A stretch of DNA of 63,996 bases, the filler included, from Octopus bimaculoides (Eukaryota), in assembly GCF_001194135.2 (NCBI RefSeq). It is 7 parts of 7 records of this genome, joined end to end, with 100 filler letters (N's around TTAATTAATTAA, not from the genome) between each part and the next. Parts side by side here need not be neighbours in the genome. Positions count along the whole stretch, not along the records: positions 15,614 to 44,231 come from NC_068988.1; 6 more parts are not named here. One strand, written 5' to 3'. The position numbers were made by a program, and so were the translations under genes. The notes below the pieces were generated by a model that was not told where the DNA came from, made no database searches, and worked only from the letters and a program-made list of their open reading frames with translations. This document shows, piece after piece, positions 24,565 through 36,786 of the stretch (its first letter is position 1; the number at the start of each line of letters is the position of its first letter).

Positions 24565-24915
24565 CTTAACTGATATTTTATTTTATGAACCCAAGGAAAA
24601 TGAAAGGCAATGCTGATCTTAGCAGAATTTGAACTCAGATCTGAAATATCTGGAACAAATAAGTCAATTTAACCAATGCTTTACTGATTCTGCCACTCCA
24701 CTATCCCATAGTTGTTGATAATGTTTCTAATTTATGAACAAGGCCAGCAATTTTGAGTGGAGGAATTTGATTGACACCATCAACCCCAAGACTTTTTACT
24801 TTATTGACCCTAAAAGGATGAAAGGCAACAAAAACTCCAGTGGAATATGAACACAGAATATAAAAAATCGAAACAAATACCACAAGGCATTTTGTCCAAC
24901 ACTAATGATTCTGTC
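24565..24915 (-). mobile_element. Two adjacent degenerate copies of a second octopus tRNA-derived SINE family
   Basis: gaaaggcaa...cagaatttgaactcag and gacccta aaaggatgaaaggc motifs shared with 26255-26470 and 59.8-60.6 kb. Confidence 0.7.
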
Positions 24916-25679
24916 AATTAAAACAGTTGTTATTCAGAATTTTGTGTTATTACTTTTCAACAGGACTGAAATATTTAAATTACAAGCTTAGATAGGTGTT
25001 AAATATTTGGTCTAAATGAGGTCAGAACTCTGACACTGAACATTTTAACCACCATATTTCTGGTAGTTTATATTCTCCTCTAAAATACATTTGAACAACA
25101 CTTAGCAATGACTACAGAAAGAATGAAGAAGGAGTGAAGAGCTAGGGAAGCATTGCATTTTTGATAACTGAAGCAGAGAGAAGAAAGGAAGAGAGGAAGG
25201 ACGGGTGAAAAGGAGAGACATCTATAGAACAAGGAAAAGAGTTGATTATTGTTTCAGGAAATAAGTAAAATGTAATTGAGTATGACAGAGAAGAAATGTG
25301 CACAAGATTCAGCAGGCAGATTCTTTTACTGATATTGGGAAAAGGATGAGATGGCAGTTTAGTGATTATTTTCAGTCTTCTGTAAAATATCTTTGAACAA
25401 TATATAGCTACTAGAGAGTCTTTGACACATTTGAAAGTTATGAAAGAGAATTCTTAATAGAGTGCATATAGGATTATGAGGAGTTTCCAAAAGAAAGTTC
25501 ACCCATAAAATTGCAATGTTATCAGCTTGTAATCTGAAAAAAGTTTATAAGGTTAAACTTTCACTGATACCAAATTCTGCAGAATATGGTTTTGACAAAT
25601 TCTACCATGGACAATAGCATATTGAAATGTGTTATACTTTTGTCTTTTAGTTGTCATTTAGTGAGAATGAGGAGGTATT

Positions 25680-25715
<36 letters not shown>

Positions 25716-26254
25716 GCTATCATAAAGAGTATGCATGTTGGCTATATCTGCTTGTATATGTATGTTCTGTTGAGCCTCACTATAATGACTCACTTTGCTT
25801 TGCTAAATTCACTCCAGTAAAATATATCAACTCCTTCTTGAAATATTTGTCATCTGGTGGCCATAGTAATACTGGCCTAATTACATTGGAGTTAGTCAAA
25901 TAATAGAAAAATTGTAGTTTTTTTTCTGCTGATAGGAAAATCGAATTTTTTATGATGTTCCTAACATAGAGGTAACTAACTTTCAGGGTATTCTTGTAAA
26001 ATATTTGATGATATCTATAACCTTTTGAGAATTAATTTTGTGTTAGATTTAATAATGTTTCGATGATATTGGGTGCCACATACATGTTGTAAGGCGGACT
26101 ACATTAGACAGTGTTGCATGGTGTGACATTTTGAGGAAGTGCAAGGTTTAACTATATGGTATATATTGTACTTAATCATGAATTCTTTTCTTTCAAGGCA
26201 TTGTTATAATAGGGCACAATTTGACAAAATACTTGAAATATGTTAGTTAATATT

Positions 26255-26470
26255 CTTTTCTACTCTAGGCACAAGGCTCGAAAATTTTGGGGGAGGGGGC
26301 CAGTTGATTAGATCGATCCCAGCATGCAACTGGTACTTAATTTATCAATCCCAAAAGGATGAAAGGCAAAACTGACCTCGGCAGAATTTGAACTCAGAAT
26401 GTAAAGACAGACAAAATACTGCTAAGCATTTCGCCTGGTGTGCTAACGTTTCTGCCAGATCACCGCCTTA
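26255..26470 (-). mobile_element. tRNA-derived SINE (second family), near full length
   Basis: Minus strand begins ggcggtgatctggcagaaacgttagcac (A box) ...gagttcaaattctgccgagg (B box) and ends gcctagagtagaaaagaat. Confidence 0.85.
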
Positions 26471-26904
26471 ATATGTTGGTTAATATTATATACTAAATTA
26501 TTAACAATGGTGGTGTAACTAGAGAGCTTTACATATACCAGTTTTTCATTTAGCTTCCTAATACAGGCATGTTTACTAGAGCTAAAGTATAATGTAATAC
26601 CTAAAATACTGATTACATTGAGTTAAATTCTTTGAGTGTATTAATATCTTTCTAAGCCTATCTATAGTGGGTGATTAACAGGCCATCATTTCTATAAATA
26701 CCAAAGTCTATGAGAAAGCTTAAGATATGTACTTCGATTAGCCTACAAACCTCAACACCACTGTAAAAGACCATAGCCACATCAAATAGCTTGTCATCAT
26801 TATGTTTTGTCCAAACACAATCTTAAAAAAATAGTAAAGGTTTTCTAGGTTGCATAAGGATGCTACTTTCAAAAGCACTATGTGTGTGTATATATATCAT
26901 TATC

Positions 26905-27110
26905 ACCATTCAATGTTTGTCTTCCATTATGGCATGGGTTGGATGGTTTGACAGGATCCAGTGAGCCCAAGAACTGTATCAGGCTTCAATACCTGCTTTG
27001 GCATGGATGCCCTTCTTAATGCCAACCAATTTACAGAGTGTACTGGGTGCTGTTTTCATGACACTGGCACTAATGAAGTTGCCAAGTAACTTGCATAACA
27101 AAGAAAAAGA
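26905..27110 (-). mobile_element. Diverged RTE 3'-UTR-only copy
   Basis: ggcatgggttggatggtttgacagg...gatgcccttcttaatgccaacca...agagtgtactgggtgc homologous to 18240-18390. Confidence 0.7.
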
Positions 27111-28304
27111 CCCTCAAATGATTAGGGTTGTAGTAGAGAGGAGGATTGTTTTATGGCACGTGTTGAGAGGCTAATGTATTATAGAGGGTGACTTATAAAT
27201 ACTGCCTTGTTTTATATAAGGATAGATGTGAGTAGCTGAGAACAAGACAAAAATGATAGTGATGAGGTAAGAGTGTACTTTCAAGATTCAAGAAGGTGAA
27301 TGAATATAAGAAAGAATATGAACAGAGGTCGGAAAGAGTGGGTAAGTTCATAAAAGTGCGAGAAGAGAGTAACAGTTAAGATGCTTGCTAAGACTTATAA
27401 AATGCCACAAATAAGTTTGTAGTAGGCATGAAGGATATTCAAGACCCTGAACACCAATGAAGATCAAGCATGTATCCTGTTTCAGAGAAATTTCAAACCA
27501 GGGACTATTGACAACTCCCAGAAATCCTTGGTCTTAGCATGCTACGAGGAAGCATTGCTAATTTGGAATAATCTTAATAAGCACAGTTGTGTCATCAGTT
27601 GAACCTGTCTAGGCGGCACACAGAATGACAAATTGTTCTGCACTCATTTGTTCAGTGTCTGAACATCATTAACTTGTGGAATTATGTTGAACAGCTGTTG
27701 CCATACGAAAGACAGATCTAACTATCAGTCAAGTCCATTGTGAAGATCATACTGTCACCTGCCTCTTACTGAAAAAACCAGGCAGTTTTCCTCTGCTTGG
27801 TAGCCTTAGTGAAAAAGACTGTATAGTGAGCAAGACTGAAAGGGATGAAGACAGATATTTTTTTTTTTTGCAACTGATCCTTCAATTGCTTCTTCAAGTT
27901 TTATTTCGAAGAGAAGGTGATGGATGAGATAGAGATGCTACTCTCCAATAAGTTTATTGAAAGTTAAATGAGTGTAACTTGAATAGTTGCTTGCATAAAT
28001 GGGACTACTTTCAGCATGTGCATATTGGCCAAGGAATTCAGTTGAAAGAAGGTCCCTGTACTAGTTAGGACACTCCTGGATCTGTAGTGTTCATTATTGG
28101 GCCTAAGTAGTTATCCCAAAGTTATTGGGACTTTTTCACACTACTGTTAATTCTCTTTTAACACAATGTAAGCCCCCTGTCGTGTTGTATCTAGGCCTTC
28201 TAAGTAACTCCAGTGTTTTGGGAGCCCTTTTGGCTATTAAAGAAAAAAATCATTGTTATTGCCTTTAGTCAAACATAAATCTATGGACATCTTATTGGTA
28301 TATA

Positions 28305-29059
28305 CAAGGTAGTATCAAAAGGTTCCCAGACAATTTATGTTTAATAAAAAATAACTTATTTACCTAAGTTTTTACAAAATCTCCTTTGAAATAGTCACCT
28401 TACGCAGCAATACACCAGTCCCAGCATTCCTGCCACTTTTGGAATCTGGCCTGGAAGTCATTTTCCATAAGCAAATCAAGGACCTTCTGTGATTTGTTCC
28501 CGATTTCAACAATGATGTTAAAATAGCAACCTTTGAGCTATATTTTCATTTTGGGGAAGAGATGGAAGTCCACAGGTTATAAAATTGGCAAATACGGCAA
28601 GTGTGGAAGTGATACCATGTTTAAGCTGATGAATTTTCTCTGCATTTCCCAGGGTAATGCTTGTGGCAGATCTTCCAGATCACTCATTGTCTTCCACAGA
28701 CATTCTTTCACTTTTGGAGTGCCCATGCCACTCAAAACATTGTAAACAACCCACTGCTTTGTTGCCATAAGCTTGCTGAAACATGCTCAATGTCTCTGTA
28801 GCAGACTTCCCAAGTTTAATGCAAAATTTCAAGTTGGCTCTCTGTTCTAACTTCCTGTCCATGACGAAAATCGCAGACTAAAACATACACATGATCACAA
28901 AGACACAAATTTCACAACTTGCGAAGTAAACACAGCGATGTCACTTGGCACACTGCTTCATGAAGGTCACTGGTAGCTCTCACTGTGCATGCAACTGTGT
29001 GCTACCATCTGTTGGCATACTACAGAACTAGTCTGGGAACTTTTTTGATACCACCTTTG
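28305..29059 (-). mobile_element. Internally deleted mariner-family DNA transposon
   Basis: ~28-bp TIRs (caaggtagtatcaaaaggttcccagac / gtctgggaacttttttgataccacctttg) flanked by TA; N-terminal HTH KLEQRANLKFCIKLGKSATET; C-terminal DFHLFPKMK and FQKWQECWDWCIAA*GDYF; catalytic DDD core missing. Confidence 0.9.
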
Positions 29060-29692
29060 TATATAATCATTTAATGAAAACAATGGAAGAAAATCATGCA
29101 AATAGAAAAAAAGAGCAGACATATTAAATACGAAGTTCATTAGTCTGGATTGACATCATTAATGAATGAAACTGCACATAAAAGAGAGAAGTTAGCAGTT
29201 TTACCTCTGGTAAACAACTGTGGAACAAGTGACAGAGATAGGTGCACATAACACACACAGTCTTTGGCAGTATAGTGTTACATGGTGTTATAGGACAGTG
29301 ACTTATGAGACGGCAATAATGATGATGTCACAAATACACTATAGATATGATGAAAAGACAGTGAAATTAATTGCATTATTAAATATACTGAGAGAGAGAG
29401 AGCGGTGAGAGACAGAGATGGAGGGAGGAAGGGAGAGAGAGAAAGAGACGCCAATCTATCAATACATATTAACATTAATTTGGGTAACTATGTAGTGAAA
29501 AGGGAAAATATCCGAAGGTTATCAGAAAAGTAGGCAAACCAAAAGTTATTCCCCAGAATAAATTCACAAATGGTTTATAATAAAAAGAATTGGTCCATTA
29601 TGGGGTGATGGTCAAAGGAAGTAAATGACTGGTAGATTACTGGTACCTCTCATTCACCAACCATCTTAAAATATACACACACACACATACAG

Positions 29693-29747
<55 letters not shown>

Positions 29748-30693
29748 GAAATATATATATATATATATAAGTGAACAGACAAACGAAAGAAGAGCACTCA
29801 ACACATTTTTTGAAGTTACATGTATAGATTAAAAAAGTTGGATTCAGAATCCTTGGTGCACTGAGTTTCAAGCATGTGGCTAGTCTTTGGCCATTGGAGT
29901 GTGAATGAGAGTTTGACTGAAGAGAGTCAATGTTTATTACAGGACGTTATCCTGTGATTGGTCGAGAAAGGTCACGTGGTATTGGTATCAGTAATTCAGT
30001 GACAGTAGTTAGATAGAAAATATTACATGGTAAACGGGAAATCGGCCACATGGTGTGCAGGAAATCGAATGTGTGGTGATCAGGAAATCAACCATGTGGT
30101 GGGCAAGATATTGGTCATGTGGTTAGGGGGAAGTAGGAAGGGGAGGTAGATGTGGGGGGTATATATGTAGATGTATATGCCCATATATCTGCATGTATGC
30201 ATCAGTACTTATATGAGTGTGTATGTACGCTAAGATATACATTCACACATCTGTGCACACGCTCACACACACACACGCACACACACACACACACACAAAC
30301 ACAGACACACACCCAAAGCCCCACACACATGCACATGTATACACACACAAGGACACACAAACATGCACTCACACACGTGTGTACATCTTTATCTCCATTT
30401 TACATATGCACATACACATGAGCGTGCATGTGTACAAACATGCACATGCATGGGTGCACCTGTGCACACATCTGTGTGCATGCATATGGTAAACAGATGC
30501 ACATGTGCACTCGCACACTCATACTTGTGTAGTTCTGCACAAGAAGTGATAGTATGCAGGTAGACAGGCATAGAGAAGTGTTGGGGATTGGTGATTTGCA
30601 GTGCTGTTCATGGGGTTAATTTGTAATGGTGACCTTGGTGCAGGTGGTGCTAGAGGTGGCTGGTACTAAGGAGGTATATCCAGGGTGTCTGTA

Positions 30694-31279
30694 GCCAGTG
30701 ACTTGAAATTTACCAGAAAGGTCTACCTCTGGTGACAGCAATACAATACCTCATATTTCTTGTTGATGGATACTGTGGGTTGGTAGATGATATGCAGTTT
30801 TTTGCAGAGGTACACCTGGCAATTAGGGGTGCCAGGTGAATATGGTGGCACCCTGTTGATAATAGTCCACTTGATGCTGGGTGTTTCATCTCAGAGGTCA
30901 CAAAGTCTCTAGAGGAAGCGCAACAAGGAAGTGGAGTTCTCTCTGTCTCTGGATCTAAATGAATGTAAGTGCTGGGACAAAAGCAATGTTGTCAAGACCA
31001 CTGACTTATATACATCAACTTTCACCTTCAATGATATGTTATGACTGTTCCAAAGCCTGTGATAAAGCTTACCGAAAACGGAGCTAGCCTTCCCAATTCT
31101 GGACTCAATTTCTTTATCCATCTTAGCATCACTGGACACAATGAAACTAAGATAAGTGAAGGAGGAAACAGTTTTTAATGCTTTCCCATCAATGTATATA
31201 GTAGGGGCAACAGTGGGAAGATGGTCACAAATGGGCTGATGGACAAGCTCAGTTTTCTTGATGCTGATGATCAGACCAA
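30694..31279. repeat. Identical duplicate of 31475-32060 across an N-gap (probable unmerged overlap)
   Basis: 586-nt block appears identical at offset 781; the first copy ends exactly at the gap and the second starts exactly after it. Confidence 0.9.
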
Positions 31280-31699
31280 NNNNNNNNNNNNNNNNNNNNN
31301 NNNNNNNNNNNNNNNNNNNNNNNNNNNNNNNNNNNNNNNNNNNNNNNNNNNNNNNNNNNNNNNNNNNNNNNNNNNNNNNNNNNNNNNNNNNNNNNNNNNN
31401 NNNNNNNNNNNNNNNNNNNNNNNNNNNNNNNNNNNNNNNNNNNNNNNNNNNNNNNNNNNNNNNNNNNNNNNNNNGCCAGTGACTTGAAATTTACCAGAAA
31501 GGTCTACCTCTGGTGACAGCAATACAATACCTCATATTTCTTGTTGATGGATACTGTGGGTTGGTAGATGATATGCAGTTTTTTGCAGAGGTACACCTGG
31601 CAATTAGGGGTGCCAGGTGAATATGGTGGCACCCTGTTGATAATAGTCCACTTGATGCTGGGTGTTTCATCTCAGAGGTCACAAAGTCTCTAGAGGAAG

Positions 31700-32625
31700 C
31701 GCAACAAGGAAGTGGAGTTCTCTCTGTCTCTGGATCTAAATGAATGTAAGTGCTGGGACAAAAGCAATGTTGTCAAGACCACTGACTTATATACATCAAC
31801 TTTCACCTTCAATGATATGTTATGACTGTTCCAAAGCCTGTGATAAAGCTTACCGAAAACGGAGCTAGCCTTCCCAATTCTGGACTCAATTTCTTTATCC
31901 ATCTTAGCATCACTGGACACAATGAAACTAAGATAAGTGAAGGAGGAAACAGTTTTTAATGCTTTCCCATCAATGTATATAGTAGGGGCAACAGTGGGAA
32001 GATGGTCACAAATGGGCTGATGGACAAGCTCAGTTTTCTTGATGCTGATGATCAGACCAAAAGCCTTTGATGCATGTGGCAAATTATTTAGAACCCATTG
32101 CATGTCCTCAAGAGTGTATGCTACAAGTGCACAATCATCTGCAAAGAGCAAATCTTGAACTGTTTGCACCAAAATCTTAGTTTTTGCATTGAAGTGCTGT
32201 TGGTTGAACAAGCCACCACCAGTTCTGTACTCAAACTTTACTCCTTCTTTAACACCCTCAAATGCTGTTTCCAACATGACAGAGAAATACAAAACAAATA
32301 AGAGCAGTGCAAGAACGCTACCTTGTTTTGTCTCATTTGCAACTGCGAATGAATCAGACACTTCCCTGCTAGATCTGACAGAAGCAATCATCCTTTGATG
32401 GAAAGAAATGATGACATTGAGCATCTTTTCGGGAACACCTAGCTTTCCAAGGACAACCCAAGATATGGTGTCAAAAGATTTAGTTAGATCTAGAAAAGTG
32501 ACAAAAAGGTCTCGGTTGTGCTCACAAACCTTTTCCAGCAGCTGCCTTATGCTAAAAATCATATCCACTGAGCCTCTACCAATCTGAAATTCATACTGAG
32601 ATTCAGGCAACACTAAGCTGGCAGG
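31700..32625 (-). pseudogene. BovB-like RTE LINE reverse transcriptase fragment
   Basis: LPESQ..F..GRGSVDMIFSIRQLLEK, FLDLTKSFDT, KQGSVLA, LLFADDCAL, GLIISIKKTE, FTYLS, RIGKASSVFGKL; thumb follows directly with no zinc finger. Confidence 0.92.
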
Positions 32626-33054
32626 GGCATCATTTAGTCTGTTTCAGATAATAACATCATATATGTATGTGTGTGTGTGTGTGTGTGTGTGTATACACAT
32701 ATATATATAACAGGTTTCTTTCCGTTTCCGTCTAACAAGTCGACTGAACCGGAGACCATATGATTGGGAAACAAAAATTCCTACTACACAGTCATGTTTA
32801 CGCCTCTACATGAAGCGTGCGCGTGTGTTATACATGTATAGCCTAAGCATATATATTTGATTAATGAGAGACGGAATATGGAAGATATGAGAATCTTTAT
32901 GGATCACTACAATTGTTTCGAGCCATCTAGCATCGATCCTTCGCGGGTGGGATTCTGGACATATTCTGTCTCAATAATTAAATACCCGACAAACACTGAG
33001 ACAGTGAACATGCTTTACTGGCAAACTACCAGGTGTATATTATACGATTTGTTA

Positions 33055-33106
<52 letters not shown>

Positions 33107-33164
33107 TATATATACGTTTCACTGTCCAATTTTTCCTGTCTTGGTTTGTGTTTGCCACCTTGGA

Positions 33165-33370
33165 ATCCTCTGTTTAGTGGGTTGATCCACTACTCAGGAA
33201 GAGACTATTCTAGAGTACGTTCTGCCTTATCTTCGAAACGTCGAGTTAGAATAGAGGCAGCTGACGAAGGATTTATTCCAAGTGGCTATCTGTTTTCCTA
33301 TGTGTTTGTTCCGTTGTCTGTAGTTCATTGTTCTAACGTCCTGTACCCTGATATGCATCTATATACACAT
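33165..33370 (+). mobile_element. Penelope-type terminal repeat with a degenerate hammerhead-like motif
   Basis: CTACTC-AGGAAGA...TC-GAAA-CGTC-GAGTTAG at 33190-33249; downstream part homologous to 45240-45380. Confidence 0.45.
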
Positions 33371-33454
33371 GTAGATGTAAGTATGTACATATATGTGTGC
33401 ATACATGCATATATATTCTTTGTATATATATATATATATATATAAACACACAAG

Positions 33455-33600
33455 TGGGGTTTCTTTCAGTTTCCGTCTACCAAATCCACTCAGAAGGCTG
33501 GGCTATTGTAGGTGACAATTGCGCAAGGTGCCATGCAGTGTGACTGAACCCGCAAACATATGGCTGGGAAATAAACTTCTTATCACAGTCACGCCTGCAC
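33455..33600 (-). mobile_element. OR-type SINE (further copies at ~32705-32800, 40290-40625, 49580-49705 (+), 50260-50570, 53420-53582, 54520-54820)
   Basis: Recurrent tttcagtttccgtctaccaaatccactca...gctatagtagaagac...cccaaggtgccacgcagtgggactgaacc consensus. Confidence 0.85.
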
Positions 33601-33628
33601 CAACAAGAATACATATGCATGCACACAA

Positions 33629-33660
<32 letters not shown>

Positions 33661-33674
33661 CCATACATACATAC

Positions 33675-33792
33675 GAGTAATATGATGTCTGATGACGTTA
33701 GATAAGAAGTATATACAATTAGTGACCAGGTCGAATTCGTACCCAAACTCCAACTTTAAATACCCGTTAGCTATTAAACAGGGATGTGGTAG
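33675..33792 (-). CDS. Candidate exon (phase 0 to 1) of an unidentified minus-strand gene
   Basis: ttcttattttggcag|CTA...ACT C|gtatgt; 118 nt; LPHPCLIANGYLKLEFGYEFDLVTNCIYFLSNVIRHHIT. Confidence 0.5.
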
Positions 33793-33952
33793 CTGCCAAA
33801 ATAAGAACTGGCTATAGTCAATGTATCGATCAAGATGGTTCATATATAATAGAGTTAATAGAATAGACAGGTGTGTGTATATGTATGCATAGAGACATAG
33901 CCTGGGCCAATTCTGGCCGAAGCATACCTAAATTTTGAAGAGCGTGTATGTG

Positions 33953-34012
<60 letters not shown>

Positions 34013-34547
34013 GTATATATANNNNNNNNNNNNNNNNNNNNNNNNNNNNNNNNNNNNNNNNNNNNNNNNNNNNNNNNNNNNNNNNNNNNNNNNNNNNNNN
34101 NNNNNNNNNNNNNNNNNNNNNNNNNNNNNNNNNNNNNNNNNNNNNNNNNNNNNNNNNNNNNNNNNNNNNNNNNNNNNNNNNNNNNNNNNNNNNNNNNNNN
34201 NNNNNNNNNNNNNNNNNNNNNNNNNNNNNNNNNNNNNNNNNNNNNNNNNNNNNNNNNNNNNNNNNNNNNNNNNNNNNNNNNNNNNNNNNNNNNNNNNNNN
34301 NNNNNNNNNNNNNNNNNNNNNNNNNNNNNNNNNNNNNNNNNNNNNNNNNNNNNNNNNNNNNNNNNNNNNNNNNNNNNNNNNNNNNNNNNNNNNNNNNNNN
34401 NNNNNNNNNNNNNNNNNNNNNNNNNNNNNNNNNNNNNNNNNNNNNNNNNNNNNNNNNNNNNNNNNNNNNNNNNNNNNNNNNNNNNNNNNNNNNNNNNNNN
34501 NNNNNNNNNNNNTATATATAAGCGCAAAATCCAGGACGTAAATACAC

Positions 34548-34654
34548 CTCGAGATATTGAATGATTGGGTGGTTTTGGACAGTTAGGAAATATTTTGTGA
34601 TCGATCGAGTAACATATAGAGAAATACTAAGTTCAGAAACACACTTTGGCAGAT
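34548..34654 (-). CDS. Candidate exon (phase 1 to 0), same gene
   Basis: gtatgtttag|AT...GAG|gtgtat; 107 nt; only one minus frame is open: (D)LPKCVSELSISLYVTRSITKYFLTVQNHPIIQYLE. Confidence 0.5.
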
Positions 34655-34680
34655 CTAAACATACACACATATGTGAGTCG

Positions 34681-34743
<63 letters not shown>

Positions 34744-35238
34744 TACGCTATTATATAATATTAAAGACAAATAACTTGTTTCAAATATCAACAAGCATCA
34801 AATACGGCAGTATATTTAATATTTTTCATGTAAACAACCCTATCCATTTAATGAAACGCACGCTAATTGTACATTTGATTAAACTGTGTTTTTAATTAAA
34901 TGCACATTTAAACTATATTAATTACACAATGGTTATTATGTAGCAAAAATCAATAATACTGATCGTTATTTATATTCGTTTTAATTTCGATTTTTATTTT
35001 CATAATCATATAATTACCCCAACCATTAATTAATTTACGACTATTTGTCATTTGTCTTTATAAATTGCGTCCAACAACGACTGATAGATCCATAATTATC
35101 ATTCGGTCACATATCAACAGTTTGACAAACTTTGAGCAAATTCTCTAACTCCTCTAACAATTTATTTTCAGTTAAATTAATTAATTCGTTAAATTTCAGA
35201 AAACACTTATAAAAATTTGGCTAATATTATTTTCTTAC

Positions 35239-35309
35239 CTTCACAAGTTTTACGACAGAAAAATATGAAGTACATTGAACTACCACAAAAGACGACACCT
35301 AAACTTCCT
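35239..35309 (-). CDS. Candidate exon (phase 2 to 1), same gene
   Basis: cacatag|A...GAA G|gtaaga; 71 nt; only one frame open: GSLGVVFCGSSMYFIFFCRKTCE. Confidence 0.45.
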
Positions 35310-35406
35310 CTATGTGCGCGCGCGTGTATGTAAGTGTGTATTATATACACATACATATAACTTTTTTTTTCCGTTATGATGGTATTTAGTGAAAAAATAT
35401 TATGGC

Positions 35407-35440
<34 letters not shown>

Positions 35441-35488
35441 AACTTATACGTGTGTGTGAAGTGTATAATTGTAACGTCTAAAACTTAC

Positions 35489-35644
35489 GTTCTTCTCAGT
35501 GTTACATCCATCAATCGTACTGATATCATTGTGAAGCTCCTTACTGCTCCGGGTAGACATAATAGAGTGTAAAATACCGTTGGCAAACAGAGAAATTTGG
35601 AGAGTAAATAATAGAAGCGATTCCCACCATCGTACAACAAACGA
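35489..35644 (-). CDS. Candidate exon (156 nt), same gene
   Basis: ctcgccctttgcag|...gaagaac|gtaagt; the phase-2 frame RLLYDGGNRFYYLLSKFLCLPTVFYTLLCLPGAVRSFTMISVRLMDVTLRR links to the next exon. Confidence 0.45.
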
Positions 35645-35783
35645 CTGCAAAGGGCGAGAGTTGCCCCGAGATGACACACGACCCAACGTCACCGTCGCTC
35701 TCTGCAACGTGCATGTAGTATCATTGTACCATTGATCAGTATACATATATGTGTGAGTGTGACTGTGTACACGCGCGCGCACG

Positions 35784-35814
<31 letters not shown>

Positions 35815-36026
35815 GCACATATATTTTGAAGAGGTCTTAGGCCAACAGGTTTTAGGGTCTGATGATACGTCATAAAGCTGAACTCATTATGAACTGGAAA
35901 CCCAGGGTAATCCCATAAACCGGTCGTCCCTTTAAAATATACACTACTCTACAAAACGATCCTATACATCCACTTTTGTTATTTACACCACCTGTCCTCG
36001 TCTGTTGTTATTATTTGTATATTCTC

Positions 36027-36069
<43 letters not shown>

Positions 36070-36786
36070 NNNNNNNNNNNNNNNNNNNNNNNNNNNNNNN
36101 NNNNNNNNNNNNNNNNNNNNNNNNNNNNNNNNNNNNNNNNNNNNNNNNNNNNNNNNNNNNNNNNNNNNNNNNNNNNNNNNNNNNNNNNNNNNNNNNNNNN
36201 NNNNNNNNNNNNNNNNNNNNNNNNNNNNNNNNNNNNNNNNNNNNNNNNNNNNNNNNNNNNNNNNNNNNNNNNNNNNNNNNNNNNNNNNNNNNNNNNNNNN
36301 NNNNNNNNNNNNNNNNNNNNNNNNNNNNNNNNNNNNNNNNNNNNNNNNNNNNNNNNNNNNNNNNNNNNNNNNNNNNNNNNNNNNNNNNNNNNNNNNNNNN
36401 NNNNNNNNNNNNNNNNNNNNNNNNNNNNNNNNNNNNNNNNNNNNNNNNNNNNNNNNNNNNNNNNNNNNNNNNNNNNNNNNNNNNNNNNNNNNNNNNNNNN
36501 NNNNNNNNNNNNNNNNNNNNNNNNNNNNNNNNNNNNNNNNNNNNNNNNNNNNNNNNNNNNNNNNNNNNNNNNNNNNNNNNNNNNNNNNNNNNNNNNNNNN
36601 NNNNNNNNNNNNNNNNNNNNNNNNNNNNNNNNNNNNNNNNNNNNNNNNNNNNNNNNNNNNNNNNNNNNNNNNNNNNNNNNNNNNNNNNNNNNNNNNNNNN
36701 NNNNNNNNNNNNNNNNNNNNNNNNNNNNNNNNNNNNNNNNNNNNNNNNNNNNNNNNNNNNNNNNNNNNNNNNNNNNNNNNNNNNNA

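Noticed and set aside
27430-27860. Possible CR1/L2 relic on the minus strand
   Set aside because: Only faint motif resemblance; too degraded to support.
29940-30130. Imperfect ~21-bp repeats (ggaaatc...atgtggtg) with CCAAT and E-box-like words
   Set aside because: Short motifs are expected by chance, and no linked transcription start can be shown.
30694-31279. Apparent tandem duplication of an RTE 3' segment
   Set aside because: Appears identical and is bounded exactly by the gap; typical unmerged contig overlap.
32850-33040. Possible next exon of the minus-strand gene, including a frame with an internal TGA (VFNY*DRICPESHPRR) suggestive of selenocysteine
   Set aside because: Three alternative frames or strands look equally plausible, no SECIS was identified, and the exon cannot be fixed without RNA data.
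33675-35644. Superficial resemblance of the spliced peptide to histamine N-methyltransferase-like enzymes (ITKY..V, FDLV, IYF)
   Set aside because: No glycine-rich SAM-binding motif I and no acidic residue at the expected strand end; the comparison is from memory only, so no gene symbol was assigned.
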